64,000 nucleotides of DNA from an uncultured Candidatus Saccharibacteria bacterium (lineage in GTDB: Bacteria > Patescibacteriota > Minisyncoccia > Phycocordibacterales > SBAW01), in the NCBI GenBank assembly GCA_964650645.1, contig CAZYUH010000001.1:639202-703201 (forward strand). Reading direction: 5' to 3'. Of this stretch, positions 62,875 through 64,000 are shown in pieces. Within the stretch, counting starts at the first letter, position 1; every line of letters begins with the position of its first letter. The position numbers and the translations under genes were made by a program. The notes beneath the pieces are model-generated. The model made no database searches, was not told the DNA's origin, and was given only the letters and a program-made list of their open reading frames with translations.

Positions 62875-62906
62875 GAGAAGGGGGGAGCCTTGCTCCCCTT
62901 CTTCTC
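62875..62906. other. intergenic stem-loop (mRNA stabiliser or partial terminator)
   Basis: GAGAAGGGGGGAGC-ctt-GCTCCCCTTCTTCTC with no strong U tract on the minus strand. Confidence 0.55.
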
Positions 62907-62913
62907 GAAGGAA

Positions 62914-63600
62914 CTAGATGCGAACGCGGAGGAAGTTCGTGTTGAGCACGTTGACCGCGCCGGAGCGGGAGGTCGAGTCGCCGGTGCGTACCGTGCCGCC
63001 CAAGCCGCCTGCGCCGCCATGGCCGCCTGCGCCGCCGGAGCCGGAGGTCGAGTCGCCCTGGTTGCCGGTCTTGTTGGCCGTGCCGGAGTTGCCGCCGTTG
63101 TCGCCCGAGCCGCCAGTGGAGCCGGCCGCCGCGTTGAGGCCGGTCGACGCGAGAGCGTTCGTGGTCTCATCGATGTCGCCGGTATTCTTCTGGCTCGCGG
63201 TTGCCGACGAGCTATTGAGGCCGCCGCGGATGCTTACGCGGGTGTCGTTGCTGTTGGCCTGGTTGACCGCGCCAGCCTCGGACATCGCAGCGCCCGTCTC
63301 TACCAAGCCGCCTTCGCCGCCGTTGCCGCCGTTGCCGCCAGAGCCGGCATTGCCGCTCTTGGCGTTGCCGTTGTCGCCGCCCTGGGAAGCATTGCCGGAG
63401 TTGCCGCCGTTGCTGCCGTTGCCGCCGGTCGAACCGTCCGCGAAGTTGAGGCCGGTGTTCGATACGGCGTTAGTGTTGCTCGTAACCGTGCCCGAGTTCG
63501 TGTTGCTGATCTTGATCGAGCTGCTATTGACCGCTGCGAAGGCAGGGGTCGCGGTTGCGAGCATGCCGAGCGCAGTAAGTGCTGCAAGAGTCTTTTTCAT
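62914..63600 (-). CDS. secreted Gly/Asn/Ser-rich two-repeat protein
   Basis: Signal peptide (AFA); two NSS...NTGxN..(Gly-rich loop)..VxTG...GAVNxxNxN units. Confidence 0.88.
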   Translation of the reverse strand: MKKTLAALTALGMLATATPAFAAVNSSSIKISNTNSGTVTSNTNAVSNTGLNFADGSTGGNGSNGGNSGNASQGGDNGNAKSGNAGSGGNGGNGGEGGLVETGAAMSEAGAVNQANSNDTRVSIRGGLNSSSATASQKNTGDIDETTNALASTGLNAAAGSTGGSGDNGGNSGTANKTGNQGDSTSGSGGAGGHGGAGGLGGTVRTGDSTSRSGAVNVLNTNFLRVRI

Positions 63601-63930
63601 ATAATTCTTTACAGATTAATTAATGCTTGTAAACCCGGCTTCCTGCTCCCGTACGGCAAGCATGATGCGCGGGGCATCGACCTTGCGCGCGGACTGCGCG
63701 ATCCTGGTGATCGTGAAGCCCACGGCACAACCTGCACTATGTTGACGGTTGTGCCCTGAACTCCACATGAACTTTATGAACTCTTTAGACAAGAACTTCG
63801 GGAACAAAAAACGCGAAGCCCGCATGCGCGAGTTTCGCTTGATTACACGCTCGTTGGAGAGAGTGACGGCATATATTCCTGCCGCTGGTTTCCCTGCGTG
63901 GCAAATTGTATGAATCCGCCACGCACATGA

Positions 63931-63959
63931 ATTATCCTATCCCCTTCATTAAGGGTCAA
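63931..63959 (-). promoter_or_regulatory. putative sigma70 promoter with long structured leader
   Basis: TTGACC-17-GATAAT; terminator-like hairpin at 63803-63838 downstream. Confidence 0.45.
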
Positions 63960-64000
63960 TGAAGAAAAGCCTGTATTGCGCACTGGAGCATATCTCGCGT

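Noticed and set aside
63630-63760. c-di-GMP or c-di-AMP riboswitch
   Set aside because: Only a superficial AGGGCAcAACC resemblance; the GAAA tetraloop/receptor and other conserved motifs are missing.

Overview
High-GC (roughly 60-65% by eye) bacterial chromosome segment that looks like Patescibacteria/CPR, Parcubacteria-like. This taxonomy is inferred from DUF5671- and DUF5667-like genes, a sigma70-R4/HARE-HTH protein, a short F1 epsilon, a short UvrC and pervasive leaderless-type starts. Housekeeping content: mnmA, mltG, leuS (with a NUDIX-like insert), ychF, an F-ATPase operon without a separate delta gene, uppS, acyP, speD/speE, a complete cyoABCD quinol oxidase, ddl, uvrABC, tgt, an FKBP PPIase and five tRNAs (Ala GGC/CGC/UGC, Pro CGG, Val CAC). 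Accessory content: an 11.5-kb surface glycosylation locus with an AT-rich core, large secreted modular proteins, and three adjacent secreted proteins sharing a TGxN...TGDA...NxxNTN repeat. The most striking non-coding signal is a family of ~90-95 bp structured cassettes (GTGG...CCAC-bounded, covarying hairpins) stacked directly behind four tRNA 3' ends, with cassette ends matched to each host tRNA. Related palindromic elements occur in an intergenic gap (5058-5221) and in frame inside uvrC. Also present are a tRNA-Pro nested in a degenerate tRNA-like shell and several promoter-to-terminator units without a credible ORF. No CRISPR array, integrase or transposase was seen. All domain calls are by motif recognition; no searches were run.
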